DNA of 59,814 nt from assembly GCA_043804895.1 (NCBI GenBank), contig JAZDIN010000003.1, positions 1 to 59,814 of the forward strand, given 5' to 3'. Positions 28,125 through 36,738 of this stretch are shown here, piece after piece (within the stretch, counting starts at the first letter, position 1; the number at the start of each line of letters is the position of its first letter). Under the pieces are notes generated by a model, which saw nothing but the letters and a program-made list of their open reading frames with translations, was not told the DNA's origin and made no database searches. This stretch comes from Candidatus Altiarchaeota archaeon (GTDB lineage: Archaea; Altiarchaeota; Altiarchaeia; IMC4; SCGC-AAA252-I15). Both the position numbers and the translations under genes were made by a program.

Positions 28125-28134
28125 ATCTACCCTT

Positions 28135-29736
28135 ATGGATGACAGAATCAGTTCCTCAATAGGCAACGCCCCAAAGAAACCGGGAGTGTATCTCTGGAAG
28201 GGCGCGGGCGGCAGAATCCTCTACATCGGGAAGGCCGACAATCTGAGGGAGCGTTTGAGGAACTACCTCAACCCCCAGGACGTTAAGACGTTGAAGATGA
28301 TCGAAGCATCCGAGACTCTGGATACCATCACAACCAAGTCCGAGTCCGAGGCCTTGATTCTCGAGGACGCGTTGGTGAAGCAGAATCAACCGAGATACAA
28401 CGTCAGCTTACGCGACGACAAGAGATACCCCTATATCCGAGTCACAGTCGGTGAAGAATATCCTCGCATACAGGTGGCCAGGCGCGTGCAACTTGACGGC
28501 TCAAGGTATTTCGGCCCATACACTGATTCACCTTCCGTCAGGAGGGTTCTGAGGATGGTCGGCGAATATTTCGGGGTGCGGCAGTGCAACTACAACCTCA
28601 AAAAGGTGAAGCGGCCGTGCATCGACTACTCCATTGGAAAATGCTCCGCACCGTGTAAGATGATAGAGAAGGCGGAGTATGTGGGCCGCGTTGAACAGGC
28701 CTGCGGGTTCCTGTCAGGAGACCGGAAGGCGTTGGAATCCAGGCTGAAGGAGCAGATAAAATCCTTCACCCGCCGGATGGAGTATGAGAAGGCGATGAAA
28801 GTCCGCGACATACTCCTGTCCTTGAACTCCCTATCGCAGCGGCAGAACATCTCCTCAGCAAAGCTTAAGGACATGGACGTCCTCGGATACGGATTCCTCG
28901 GCAGGAAGGCTAACATCACACAACTTACGGTCCGGGGCCACGGGGTTGTGGCAGTCCTACATCACCCGCTGAAAGGAGAATACGCTGACAACCCAACTGA
29001 GTCGATGAAGGCGTTCATAAAACAGCATTACACCACTAAAGACCTCACGCCGAAACTGATTGTCACCTCAGCCAAACCAACAGACAGTGGGCTCCTCGAG
29101 TCAGCACTCTCTACAATCGCAGGGTCGAAGGTCTCCATCAACACAGCCACACGTGGCCAGAAGCGGAGGCTCTCTGAGATGGCTGTTGAAAACAGCATAC
29201 ACCAGCTGAGGCAGGAGGAGCTCAAAAGGCAAGTACCCAATCCTCTTGAACTCCTCAAAGAAGTATTCCGGATGCCTCACAATCCCCAAAGGATAGAATG
29301 CTACGACATCAGCAACCTAGGCCGAAAGAACACGGTCGGTGGAATGGTCGTGTTCACAGACGGCCGGCCTGACAAGAGCCAGTATAGGATGTTCTCCGTC
29401 AGGGGCGTAGGCCAGGATGACCCGAAAAACATGGCCGAGATGGTCGAGCGCAGGTTCACACACCTGGAATGGAAGACCCCTGACATGGTTGTCTTGGACG
29501 GTGGGAAGGCTCAGCTCACAGCGGCGCTGAAGCATGTCCCACACGGCGTGACCACAATTGCTATCGCAAAAAACCTTGAAGAGATTCACCTACCCAACCG
29601 GAAGCAGCCACTCAGATTGCAGCCGAACAACCCCGCCCTACACCTGCTACAGCAGGTTCGAGACGAAGCCCACAGGTTCGCGAGAAAATACCACGTGAAA
29701 AAGAGGAGTAAGGGCTTTTTTATCCCTCTGGATTAA
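28135..29736 (+). CDS. uvrC: Excinuclease ABC subunit C (short form lacking the C-terminal HhH2 domain)
   Basis: GIY-YIG N-terminus (GVYLWKGAGGRILYIGKADNLRERLRNY), UVR domain, EndoV-like domain. Ends ...RDEAHRFARKYHVKKRSKGFFIPLD, right where HhH2 normally begins. Confidence 0.9.
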   Translation: MDDRISSSIGNAPKKPGVYLWKGAGGRILYIGKADNLRERLRNYLNPQDVKTLKMIEASETLDTITTKSESEALILEDALVKQNQPRYNVSLRDDKRYPYIRVTVGEEYPRIQVARRVQLDGSRYFGPYTDSPSVRRVLRMVGEYFGVRQCNYNLKKVKRPCIDYSIGKCSAPCKMIEKAEYVGRVEQACGFLSGDRKALESRLKEQIKSFTRRMEYEKAMKVRDILLSLNSLSQRQNISSAKLKDMDVLGYGFLGRKANITQLTVRGHGVVAVLHHPLKGEYADNPTESMKAFIKQHYTTKDLTPKLIVTSAKPTDSGLLESALSTIAGSKVSINTATRGQKRRLSEMAVENSIHQLRQEELKRQVPNPLELLKEVFRMPHNPQRIECYDISNLGRKNTVGGMVVFTDGRPDKSQYRMFSVRGVGQDDPKNMAEMVERRFTHLEWKTPDMVVLDGGKAQLTAALKHVPHGVTTIAIAKNLEEIHLPNRKQPLRLQPNNPALHLLQQVRDEAHRFARKYHVKKRSKGFFIPLD

Positions 29737-29748
29737 ATATACCATTTG

Positions 29749-31020
29749 ATGGCTGATGTGGGCGCTTCGTTTCAGGAGGCCAAATCATTTTATGATAAAA
29801 GGCAGTACTCTAGCGCCGAGAAAAAATATCGGGAAGTCCTGTCACAGGATCCCGGCAATCTTGAGGCTTTGACGCAGATAGGACGGATACTCCGGTTCTG
29901 CGAAAAATTCGATGAGTCACTGGCTACATTCAACAAATTACTCAGCCTCGACCCGCGGAACACTAACGCCATGTATGAAATTGGGTTTATACTCCTCGAG
30001 AAAAAGGACTTGGATGGTGCGCTGGCGAACCAGATGAAAGTGATTGAAATCGACCCAAACTACACGCTCGCATATAAGGAGGCTGCCCTAATACTAAGGG
30101 CGAAAAAAGACCTAGAAGGCGCAATCAACATACTACGCAGAGGCCTTGAGAGACGCCCCAATGAGGCTGTACTATATTATGAGATGGGATTAATCCTCTT
30201 AGACAAAAAAGACCTGGATGGAGCCATCACCAACTACCTCAAGGCAGTGGAGTTGAAGCCAGACTACACTGCAGTATATAGCGAACTGGCAGTCTCGTAC
30301 GAGAAAAAAGAGGATTTGTCGAACGCCCTAAAATATGCAGAAGAAGCTTACAAGACGTTCCCGCACGAAAAGCAGCGGAAAGTCTACTACAAGCTCAAAC
30401 GCCGACTTAACAAGAAACCTTCACATGACGTCGTAGACTCGAGTGAATACTACCAACAGGGGTTAATATTCAAAAAAGACGAGAAATACGACGAAGCCAT
30501 AAGCAACTTCAACAAGGCAATAGAACTCGAAAACGACTACATAGATGCCTATCTAGCAAGGGGAGAGGCGTATTCGGCGAAAAAAGACTATATCAAGTCA
30601 TTGGAGGACTACAATAAGGTAATACAACTCGATCCCCTCTGCGAGGAAGCATACTACCGGATGGGAGTTGGTTACTCTGCACTCAACAACCCAAAGGCTA
30701 TGGACTCATTCGACAAAGCCCTGCAGCTTGTCCCAGACGACGACCGCGCCCTCGCTGACCGCGGTAGAGCCATACGCGATCACGTGAATCCAGAAAAAGC
30801 CCTCCCATATTTTAACGCAGCTATCCGCCTCAACCCAAAAACGTCAAGTCACTACACAGCCCGTGGGAAAGCTTATGAGATGATGAACAAAATCGACGAT
30901 TCTATGGCCGACTTCGAGACAGCGCTGAAACTGAACCCAAAAAACAAGTTTGCCGCGGACACATTATCTAAGCTTAAGGCGAAGAAGACAGAGAAGAATA
31001 AAGTAGAAGGGTACATATAA
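29749..31020 (+). CDS. TPR-repeat protein
   Basis: About 10 recognisable 34-aa TPR units (e.g. AxxxYxxALxLDPNN patterns). TTG at 29746, ATG at 29749. Confidence 0.8.
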   Translation: MADVGASFQEAKSFYDKRQYSSAEKKYREVLSQDPGNLEALTQIGRILRFCEKFDESLATFNKLLSLDPRNTNAMYEIGFILLEKKDLDGALANQMKVIEIDPNYTLAYKEAALILRAKKDLEGAINILRRGLERRPNEAVLYYEMGLILLDKKDLDGAITNYLKAVELKPDYTAVYSELAVSYEKKEDLSNALKYAEEAYKTFPHEKQRKVYYKLKRRLNKKPSHDVVDSSEYYQQGLIFKKDEKYDEAISNFNKAIELENDYIDAYLARGEAYSAKKDYIKSLEDYNKVIQLDPLCEEAYYRMGVGYSALNNPKAMDSFDKALQLVPDDDRALADRGRAIRDHVNPEKALPYFNAAIRLNPKTSSHYTARGKAYEMMNKIDDSMADFETALKLNPKNKFAADTLSKLKAKKTEKNKVEGYI

Positions 31021-31165
31021 TCATCAGACAATATGTGCCGGATAAGGTTCACCAATCGCCCGAGCTTTTAGTTTTAAGTAAAAGGCAGTCTCAGGAGGGT
31101 TCCAGAACTTGAGGCGTGGATATTTGAGTGGACCGTATTTATCTGCGTCCTGACAATCATTCTAC

Positions 31166-31618
31166 ATGCGTTTTCCGCATATCCTGGTCGCGGTCATCGC
31201 GGTGGTGTTGGTGTGCGGGTGCGAGTTCGATTTTGAGAACTCCCAGCTTGCGAACACGGTCGAAGCAGCCATAAAGTCGAAGGACCCATCGAAGTGCAAA
31301 ACACTCACAGACCCGATGGACAAAGACAACTGCTACCAGCTCGTCTCAGTCGGACTCAAAGACGCCGCATCCTGCAAGAGCATAAGGAACAAGACTATCA
31401 CTGACACATGCTACAAGGGCGTCGCAATAGTCAACAAAGACTACTCCCCATGCGACAAAATCAAAGACCAGAAGGAGAAGGCCATGTGCATGGCCCAGGT
31501 GGCAACAGGCCAGGCAGGCGACGCAGTCAACGCCATAGGCAACGCCACAGAGGAGCAGATACAGGCAGCCCAACCCTACATCGACAAAATAAAGGAACTG
31601 ATAGGGAAATACACGTAG
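31166..31618 (+). CDS. Small secreted lipobox protein with three C-x(11-13)-C repeats
   Basis: Signal/lipobox VLVCGCEF. Repeats SKCKTLTDPMDKDNCY / ASCKSIRNKTITDTCY / SPCDKIKDQKEKAMCM. Confidence 0.65.
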   Translation: MRFPHILVAVIAVVLVCGCEFDFENSQLANTVEAAIKSKDPSKCKTLTDPMDKDNCYQLVSVGLKDAASCKSIRNKTITDTCYKGVAIVNKDYSPCDKIKDQKEKAMCMAQVATGQAGDAVNAIGNATEEQIQAAQPYIDKIKELIGKYT

Positions 31619-31649
31619 ATATTTCTACTCTCATGTCGTATTCTATTCC

Positions 31650-33395
31650 GTGGTCTCTTGGGTTTTGGATGACATCTACAAGCCTGGTGAGCGGGAGCGT
31701 CTCGTCGGCGAGTTGAGGGGCCGTGTCGAGGATTTCAAGGCTTACCGGTCGAAACTCGGCGACTGCCTTTCCACTGAAGAGTTCTTGCATATTCTAAAGG
31801 AGGATGAGGAGTTGACTAAGGTCGCATCCAGGCTTTCAGCCTACGCTGGGTTGTTGTCTTCTGAGGACACGTCTGACTCGAAAAGGCTCAGCCATGAGGC
31901 TAGGATATCGCAGTTTTGCGCTGAAGCAGGTAATGAGACCATGTTCTTCGGCCTCTGGTTCCGTGATTTGAGTGATGAGAAGGCTGGGGAGTACATACGC
32001 GCATCAGGGCCGTATCATTACATGCTAGAGCGGGTTCGTGCTTTCAGAAGGCACACGCTCCGCGAGAACGAGGAGCGCATTATCAACTTGAAGGATTTGA
32101 CAGGCTCCGAAGCGCTGACTAGACTATACGACCTCATAACAAACAGGTTCACGTTTAAGGTCGAAGGGAGGATGGTATCATTCGACGAGGCGGCTAGGCT
32201 GAAGATGAGCCCGAAGAGGAGCCTGAGGCTGAGCGCACACAACGCGGTCCTGGAAAAGTACGCATGTGAAGAAGCCGTGCTCGGGGAGATTTACTGTAAC
32301 GTCATCAGGGACTGGGCTAACGAGAACGTGCGGCTTCGGAACTTTACAACTCCTATCGCGCCTGTGAACCTAGGCAACGACCTCCCTGACAAGGTAGTTG
32401 AGGCGATGCTGAAAGCCATAAAAGACAACAGAAAAATCTTCCACAGGTACTTCAGAGTAAAGGCTAAGGCGTGCGGCCTCGGCAAGTTGGACCGCTACGA
32501 CATCTACATACCCTACCACAAGAAGGAGAGGAAATACTCGTTCATAGAGTGCAAGAAAATCCTCCTCAGTACATACAAGTCATTCGACGAATCCGTCTAC
32601 TTGATGGGAAGGAGGATGTTCGACGAAAAGCACGTTCACTCTGAGCTTCGAAAGAACAAGCAGAGGGGCGCATTCTGCAGCAGTGTCAACAAAGGATTCA
32701 CACCCTACATAATGCTAAACCACGTCGGCAGACTAGACGACCTCTATGCAATGATGCACGAGTTCGGCCACGGGGTGCACAGCATCGCCGCAGGCGGCCA
32801 GACGGAGCTGACCTACCAAGCAGGCCTCCCGTTGGCTGAGACTGCATCCATATTCTCAGAGATGCTGTTAACTGAGCGCCTCTTAGAGGAACTTCCAGGT
32901 GAAGAGAAGCCGGCAATCCTCCTCAGGATGCTCGACAGCCAGTATGGTTCCATACTACGGCAAGCTTACTTCACACTGTTCGAACTGGAGGCGCACAGGA
33001 TGGTTGGTGAGGGGGCTTCAGCCGACTCATTAGACGCATTCTACTTGAAGAGCCTTAAGGAGCAGTTCGGCAGGATTGTGGAAGTACCGGAAATATTCCA
33101 GGAGGAGTGGAAGTGCATACAACACATCTACCACAGTCCGTTCTACTGCTACTGCTACGCGTTCGGCAACCTGCTAGTCCTCGCACTCTACGGGATGTAC
33201 AAAAAGGAAGGTCGTGACTTCACGCCAAAATACCTGAAAATACTATCCTACGGCGGCTCAGAAAGCCCCACCAAGATACTCGAAGAAGCTGGAGTGGACT
33301 TCAACAAACCAGGATTCTGGAAGCAAGGGCTGGCATCAATACAACAGGAAATCAAGAGACTGGAGAAGATTATCCAAGATAGAGCAGAAGGGTAA
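31650..33395 (+). CDS. pepF: Oligoendopeptidase F (M3B metallopeptidase)
   Basis: HEFGHGVH zinc motif. Length and N-terminal W-x-L-x-D-[IL]-Y motif are typical of PepF. GTG start. Confidence 0.85.
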   Translation: MVSWVLDDIYKPGERERLVGELRGRVEDFKAYRSKLGDCLSTEEFLHILKEDEELTKVASRLSAYAGLLSSEDTSDSKRLSHEARISQFCAEAGNETMFFGLWFRDLSDEKAGEYIRASGPYHYMLERVRAFRRHTLRENEERIINLKDLTGSEALTRLYDLITNRFTFKVEGRMVSFDEAARLKMSPKRSLRLSAHNAVLEKYACEEAVLGEIYCNVIRDWANENVRLRNFTTPIAPVNLGNDLPDKVVEAMLKAIKDNRKIFHRYFRVKAKACGLGKLDRYDIYIPYHKKERKYSFIECKKILLSTYKSFDESVYLMGRRMFDEKHVHSELRKNKQRGAFCSSVNKGFTPYIMLNHVGRLDDLYAMMHEFGHGVHSIAAGGQTELTYQAGLPLAETASIFSEMLLTERLLEELPGEEKPAILLRMLDSQYGSILRQAYFTLFELEAHRMVGEGASADSLDAFYLKSLKEQFGRIVEVPEIFQEEWKCIQHIYHSPFYCYCYAFGNLLVLALYGMYKKEGRDFTPKYLKILSYGGSESPTKILEEAGVDFNKPGFWKQGLASIQQEIKRLEKIIQDRAEG

Positions 33396-33449
33396 TATAT
33401 GTATCCCTCCACAACCCAAAGGTTATGGTCTTCTGCTCTATCAGGATAA

Positions 33450-33473
33450 TACCACAGCCTCTAGGCTGTGGTA
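33450..33473. repeat. Perfect hairpin TACCACAGCC-TCTA-GGCTGTGGTA (family member 1)
   Basis: 10-bp stem read directly. Intergenic, 33 nt upstream of the next ATG. Confidence 0.8.
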
Positions 33474-33505
33474 ATTATTTAAGTATGCGGGCGTAAGGGA
33501 TAACG

Positions 33506-34264
33506 ATGAGGAAAACAGTCTCAATCATAGTCCTGGCGGTCCTCCTACCCGGCCTAGTTGATGCGATGTCGACCGCATTTTACACTCGCATATGCAGCGA
33601 AACCGACAGCGGATTAGACTACCCGATGGCAGGCACCACAAAGGACGCCACCGGCAACTATTCTGACCTGTGCATGGACTCCGTGAAACTGGTGGAATGG
33701 TACTGCGACAACGGCAGGGCCACGTTCGCCATGCACGCATGCCCTCACGGATGTGTCTGGGGGAGGTGCGTGAGCTCCAACCCGAACATGATGTCAGGGC
33801 CCTACGAGTGCGATGACAGTGACGGAGGCGTCGTGCTATCAGTTAAGGGCTTCCTGGACGACGTAAGGGTGGACAAGTGCATAACCACGACGCGTCTGAG
33901 GGAATGGTACTGCTGGGACAACACGCCGAAGTCAACGACCCGCTTCTGCGGCGGCAGGTGCGAAGACGGCGCATGTAAGACGACAACCACAACAACTACC
34001 TCAACGACCTTACCAACCCTCCAGGCGTTTACTACTCCCACGACTGCATCAACGACGTCCACCACGACCCTGCAGGCCTACTGCATCGAATCTGACTGGG
34101 GGAGGGCACCAGAAGACAAAGGTGTCACAAAAATTGGGAACACCGTGCGAACCGACGATTGCGTAGGCTACAAGAGAATCCGGGAGTGGTACTGTAGCGA
34201 GAACAGGTTGCGTTTCGCATACTTCAAATGCCCCAACATCTGCTTGGACGGGGCGTGCAAATAA
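33506..34264 (+). CDS. Secreted protein with three copies of a roughly 60-aa six-Cys domain and a Thr-rich linker
   Basis: Signal peptide. Each copy has the pattern C-x-[ED]-[ST]-D-x-G ... [LI]-x-E-W-Y-C ... C-x-x-x-C-x-x-G-x-C. The linker is TTTTTTTSTTLPT...TTSTTT. Confidence 0.75.
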   Translation: MRKTVSIIVLAVLLPGLVDAMSTAFYTRICSETDSGLDYPMAGTTKDATGNYSDLCMDSVKLVEWYCDNGRATFAMHACPHGCVWGRCVSSNPNMMSGPYECDDSDGGVVLSVKGFLDDVRVDKCITTTRLREWYCWDNTPKSTTRFCGGRCEDGACKTTTTTTTSTTLPTLQAFTTPTTASTTSTTTLQAYCIESDWGRAPEDKGVTKIGNTVRTDDCVGYKRIREWYCSENRLRFAYFKCPNICLDGACK

Positions 34265-34275
34265 ACTGGTGAATC

Positions 34276-34806
34276 ATGATTCGCACGATTCTCGCCCTGG
34301 TCCTGGCATGTCTGGTCCTAGGCTGCATGGAATCCAAACAGGAAACAGGCCCACAACACGTCTGCCCGGGAGGCCAGGTCGTAGCGTCAGCCGAACTCTG
34401 CCCTGAAACCCAGACTACGACCACGCTGGCATTTCAGCCGACAATCACATCAACATCAACCTCAGCGACATCAACAACATCCACTACCTCCACGACTATG
34501 ACAGTAATCACCACGACAACCCTCTGCGAACACTCAATCAAAGGCTACCTCATACTCACAGACCAGGACGAACGCTGCTACCAAAACTACCGTTTCAGGC
34601 TCGACAGCCAGAAATGGAACTGCGAAGACAGGCGGGCAGGCTGCATGCTCAACATAATAGTCACAAGGCCCAACGGCGACGCCGTTGCGGTGAGCGCCCA
34701 CCGGACCCAAGACGGCGTAGGAACAACCATCGATGGTCTTTCACTTGAGATACCCTGGACAAGAGAAGAGAACGGGATGTTCATAGCTGCGCTGAGGGTG
34801 ACCTAA
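34276..34806 (+). CDS. Secreted lipobox protein with Thr/Ser linker
   Basis: LACLVLGCMES lipobox-like signal, TTTTLAFQPTITSTSTSATSTTSTTSTT linker, Cys-containing C-terminal domain. Confidence 0.7.
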   Translation: MIRTILALVLACLVLGCMESKQETGPQHVCPGGQVVASAELCPETQTTTTLAFQPTITSTSTSATSTTSTTSTTMTVITTTTLCEHSIKGYLILTDQDERCYQNYRFRLDSQKWNCEDRRAGCMLNIIVTRPNGDAVAVSAHRTQDGVGTTIDGLSLEIPWTREENGMFIAALRVT

Positions 34807-34873
34807 CGGTAAGGAGAGCGTATATATACTCCCCTGACAATAACGTCAAACAAACACTAAACTGAGGTGAAAT

Positions 34874-35497
34874 ATGATGAATAATACTTTGAAAATAGTC
34901 TCACTCATTGCATTCATTCTGTTCGTGAGCGGATGCATGAGCGTAACAGAAACAACGACAACACAGGAAACAAACACTAAGACGACAATGGCCAAGGAGA
35001 CTGCGACGACCCAAGCCAAGGCCAGCCCGACGACCACGGTGAAGCCGTCAGGCGGCATAGTCAACAAGTTGACAAACCTGGCTTCGGCCATGTCAGCAGG
35101 CGTCGCATACAAGTGCACGTACTCCTACAACAACGTACAGAGCGAAGGCTGGGTGAAAGGAGAGAAATACTACTTCAAGACGACAATGCCAGAAACCACA
35201 GGATACGCCGTAAGCGACGGAGTGTGGATGTACTCCTGGGAGGAAGGCCAGAACAAGGGATACAAGTTCAACATAGAAGAGATGAAGAAGCAGGCCAACA
35301 GCCAACAGCAAGGATACCAGGACATGAAGCAGGTGTCCTCATCGGCCAACAACGTCGTCTGCATCCCGGAAGTCGCCTCAGACAGCAAGTTCACCCCCCC
35401 CTCAGGCATACAATTCCAGGACATGGGTGAACTCCTGAAACAGATGCAGAACGCCCAAAAAGGAGGCCAAATGCCTGATTTATCGGCATACCAGTAA
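34874..35497 (+). CDS. Secreted lipobox protein with Thr linker
   Basis: ILFVSGCMS lipobox-like signal, TETTTTQETNTKTT...TT linker, beta-rich C-terminal domain. Confidence 0.7.
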   Translation: MMNNTLKIVSLIAFILFVSGCMSVTETTTTQETNTKTTMAKETATTQAKASPTTTVKPSGGIVNKLTNLASAMSAGVAYKCTYSYNNVQSEGWVKGEKYYFKTTMPETTGYAVSDGVWMYSWEEGQNKGYKFNIEEMKKQANSQQQGYQDMKQVSSSANNVVCIPEVASDSKFTPPSGIQFQDMGELLKQMQNAQKGGQMPDLSAYQ

Positions 35498-35515
35498 AAG
35501 AAACAGGGACAAAAA

Positions 35516-35537
35516 ACCCGCCCAACATTGGGCGGGT
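35516..35537. terminator. Bidirectional terminator-like hairpin ACCCGCCCA-ACAT-TGGGCGGGT
   Basis: 9-bp perfect stem between convergent genes. Flanked by A6 on the left (T6 for the minus-strand transcript) and a T-rich run on the right. Confidence 0.5.
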
Positions 35538-35559
35538 ATTAACTTCTTTTAACATTCCT

Positions 35560-36390
35560 CTATTGCATCGTGATGTTTAGAAGTTCCACTTGTTCAAACC
35601 CGCCCAAGGTCATATTCTCCCTGACTACGCCTATCCCAGGCGCATAATACTTTAATGTTACTTTACCTGGCTCTAGGGGCGTCCACTCTTCCGTTACAAG
35701 GCAGTTGCTGAATGAGCCATAGGGTGTTGTGACAGTCTCACCAACCTTGACCACTTTTGCATAGTCTTCTGCTTCACCCTTGTAATACTCCTGCTGATAT
35801 GTGTCGCCAACCATAGGGTTGACTCTCATGATAATCCCCTGTTTGGCGCCGTCCACTCCAGCCTCCCATGAGCCCTTTGTGCTTACTACTCTCCCATTTT
35901 TATACTCCTTGGAATCTTCACCGAAGTACCAGACGTTGCCTTCATTGTCCTGAGCATACCAGTCAAGGGTGTCCTCCTCGATTTTTCCGTTGAATTTGAC
36001 GGTATCCCTGACTACTGTGCAGGTCACGTTTAGTATCTCCTTTGTCTGATTGGTCACATAAGTCTCTATAACACCCTTACCGTCTTCAGTAACCTCAGAG
36101 TATATCATCTTTGTACCTGGTTTAAGTGGGAAGTAGGGGTTGTCTATTTTATCGACGAAGTTAGGCGTAATACCTGTCACGTGTGGTATGGTGGAGGATA
36201 CGGTTGATGCAACAACAGTTGTGGAAGGAATTGGAGGAACCGTGGTAAAACTTGTCGGCGTAGTCGTTGTTGAAGAGTCTGTTGTCACAACAGCGATTTC
36301 AGGTGTCGGAGGCGTAGAGGGAGTCTGTATGCAGCCGGATACTGCAAGCAGCATCAGAATCGAACCAATAAACAAACCGAGTTTCCGCAT
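35560..36390 (-). CDS. Secreted lipobox protein with Thr linker
   Basis: The ORF is open to 36435, but the ATG at 36390 (MRKLGLFIGSILMLLAVSGC) has GAGGGT upstream and a TATA-like ATATTTATTAA further up. Thr/Ser/Pro linker, then NPYFPLKPGTK... domain. Confidence 0.7.
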   Translation of the reverse strand: MRKLGLFIGSILMLLAVSGCIQTPSTPPTPEIAVVTTDSSTTTTPTSFTTVPPIPSTTVVASTVSSTIPHVTGITPNFVDKIDNPYFPLKPGTKMIYSEVTEDGKGVIETYVTNQTKEILNVTCTVVRDTVKFNGKIEEDTLDWYAQDNEGNVWYFGEDSKEYKNGRVVSTKGSWEAGVDGAKQGIIMRVNPMVGDTYQQEYYKGEAEDYAKVVKVGETVTTPYGSFSNCLVTEEWTPLEPGKVTLKYYAPGIGVVRENMTLGGFEQVELLNITMQ

Positions 36391-36480
36391 TTTTACCCTC
36401 TTATCTACGTCAGTTAATAAATATCGAGATTTCAACTGACAAGTTAATCTCTATCGGAGCTTGCATCCACCCTCGCGCGA

Positions 36481-36546
36481 GGGTGTTTTTGGCAAAGTAT
36501 ATAATGGGTGTTTTTTCTTGATTAATGTGGTTTTTCGGGTGTTTTT
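36481..36546 (+). repeat. Three direct copies of GGGTGTTTTT (36481, 36506, 36537), the first following hairpin CACCCTCG-CGAGGGTG
   Basis: Read directly. Spacing 25 and 31 nt. AAGTATATAAT TATA-like box sits between copies 1 and 2. Confidence 0.6.
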
Positions 36547-36551
36547 ATCGA

Positions 36552-36659
36552 GGGTTCAGCAGAGCCTTTATGCGGAGGATGTGGCTGAGAGCCGTCTGCT
36601 CTCAGACACACGCCAGAGACTACTGTCTCTGCCGTGTGAATGCCCCTAATGCTGAACCC
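36552..36659. ncRNA. Candidate structured RNA (three-way junction), function unknown
   Basis: A 10-bp closing stem GGGTTCAGCA/TGCTGAACCC encloses two hairpins. The first is CTGAGAGC-N5-GCTCTCAG (36585-36605). The second is a 13-bp stem with one mismatch, CACACGcCAGAGAC-TACT-GTCTCTGcCGTGTG (36607-38). No transcription evidence is available. Confidence 0.25.
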
Positions 36660-36665
36660 GAGAGG

Positions 36666-36691
36666 ATACCACAGCCTTCAGGCTGTGGTAT
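36666..36691. repeat. Perfect hairpin ATACCACAGCC-TTCA-GGCTGTGGTAT (family member 2)
   Basis: 11-bp stem read directly. Shares the GGATA..CCACAGCC left flank with member 1. Confidence 0.8.
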
Positions 36692-36706
36692 TTATTGCCA
36701 GTTGGC

Positions 36707-36713
36707 TTATATA
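36707..36713 (+). promoter_or_regulatory. TATA box (TTATATA) for the histone-fold gene
   Basis: Centre about 29 nt upstream of the ATG at 36739, consistent with a leaderless archaeal mRNA. Confidence 0.4.
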
Positions 36714-36738
36714 CTTAGGCTTATTTTCACTGTAAAAA

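Noticed and set aside
36481-36546. Replication origin (ORB-like repeats plus AT-rich stretch)
   Set aside because: The GGGTGTTTTT repeats do not resemble ORB/mini-ORB dyads. No orc1/cdc6 gene is nearby, and the AT-rich stretch is short. I kept it only as an unexplained repeat.
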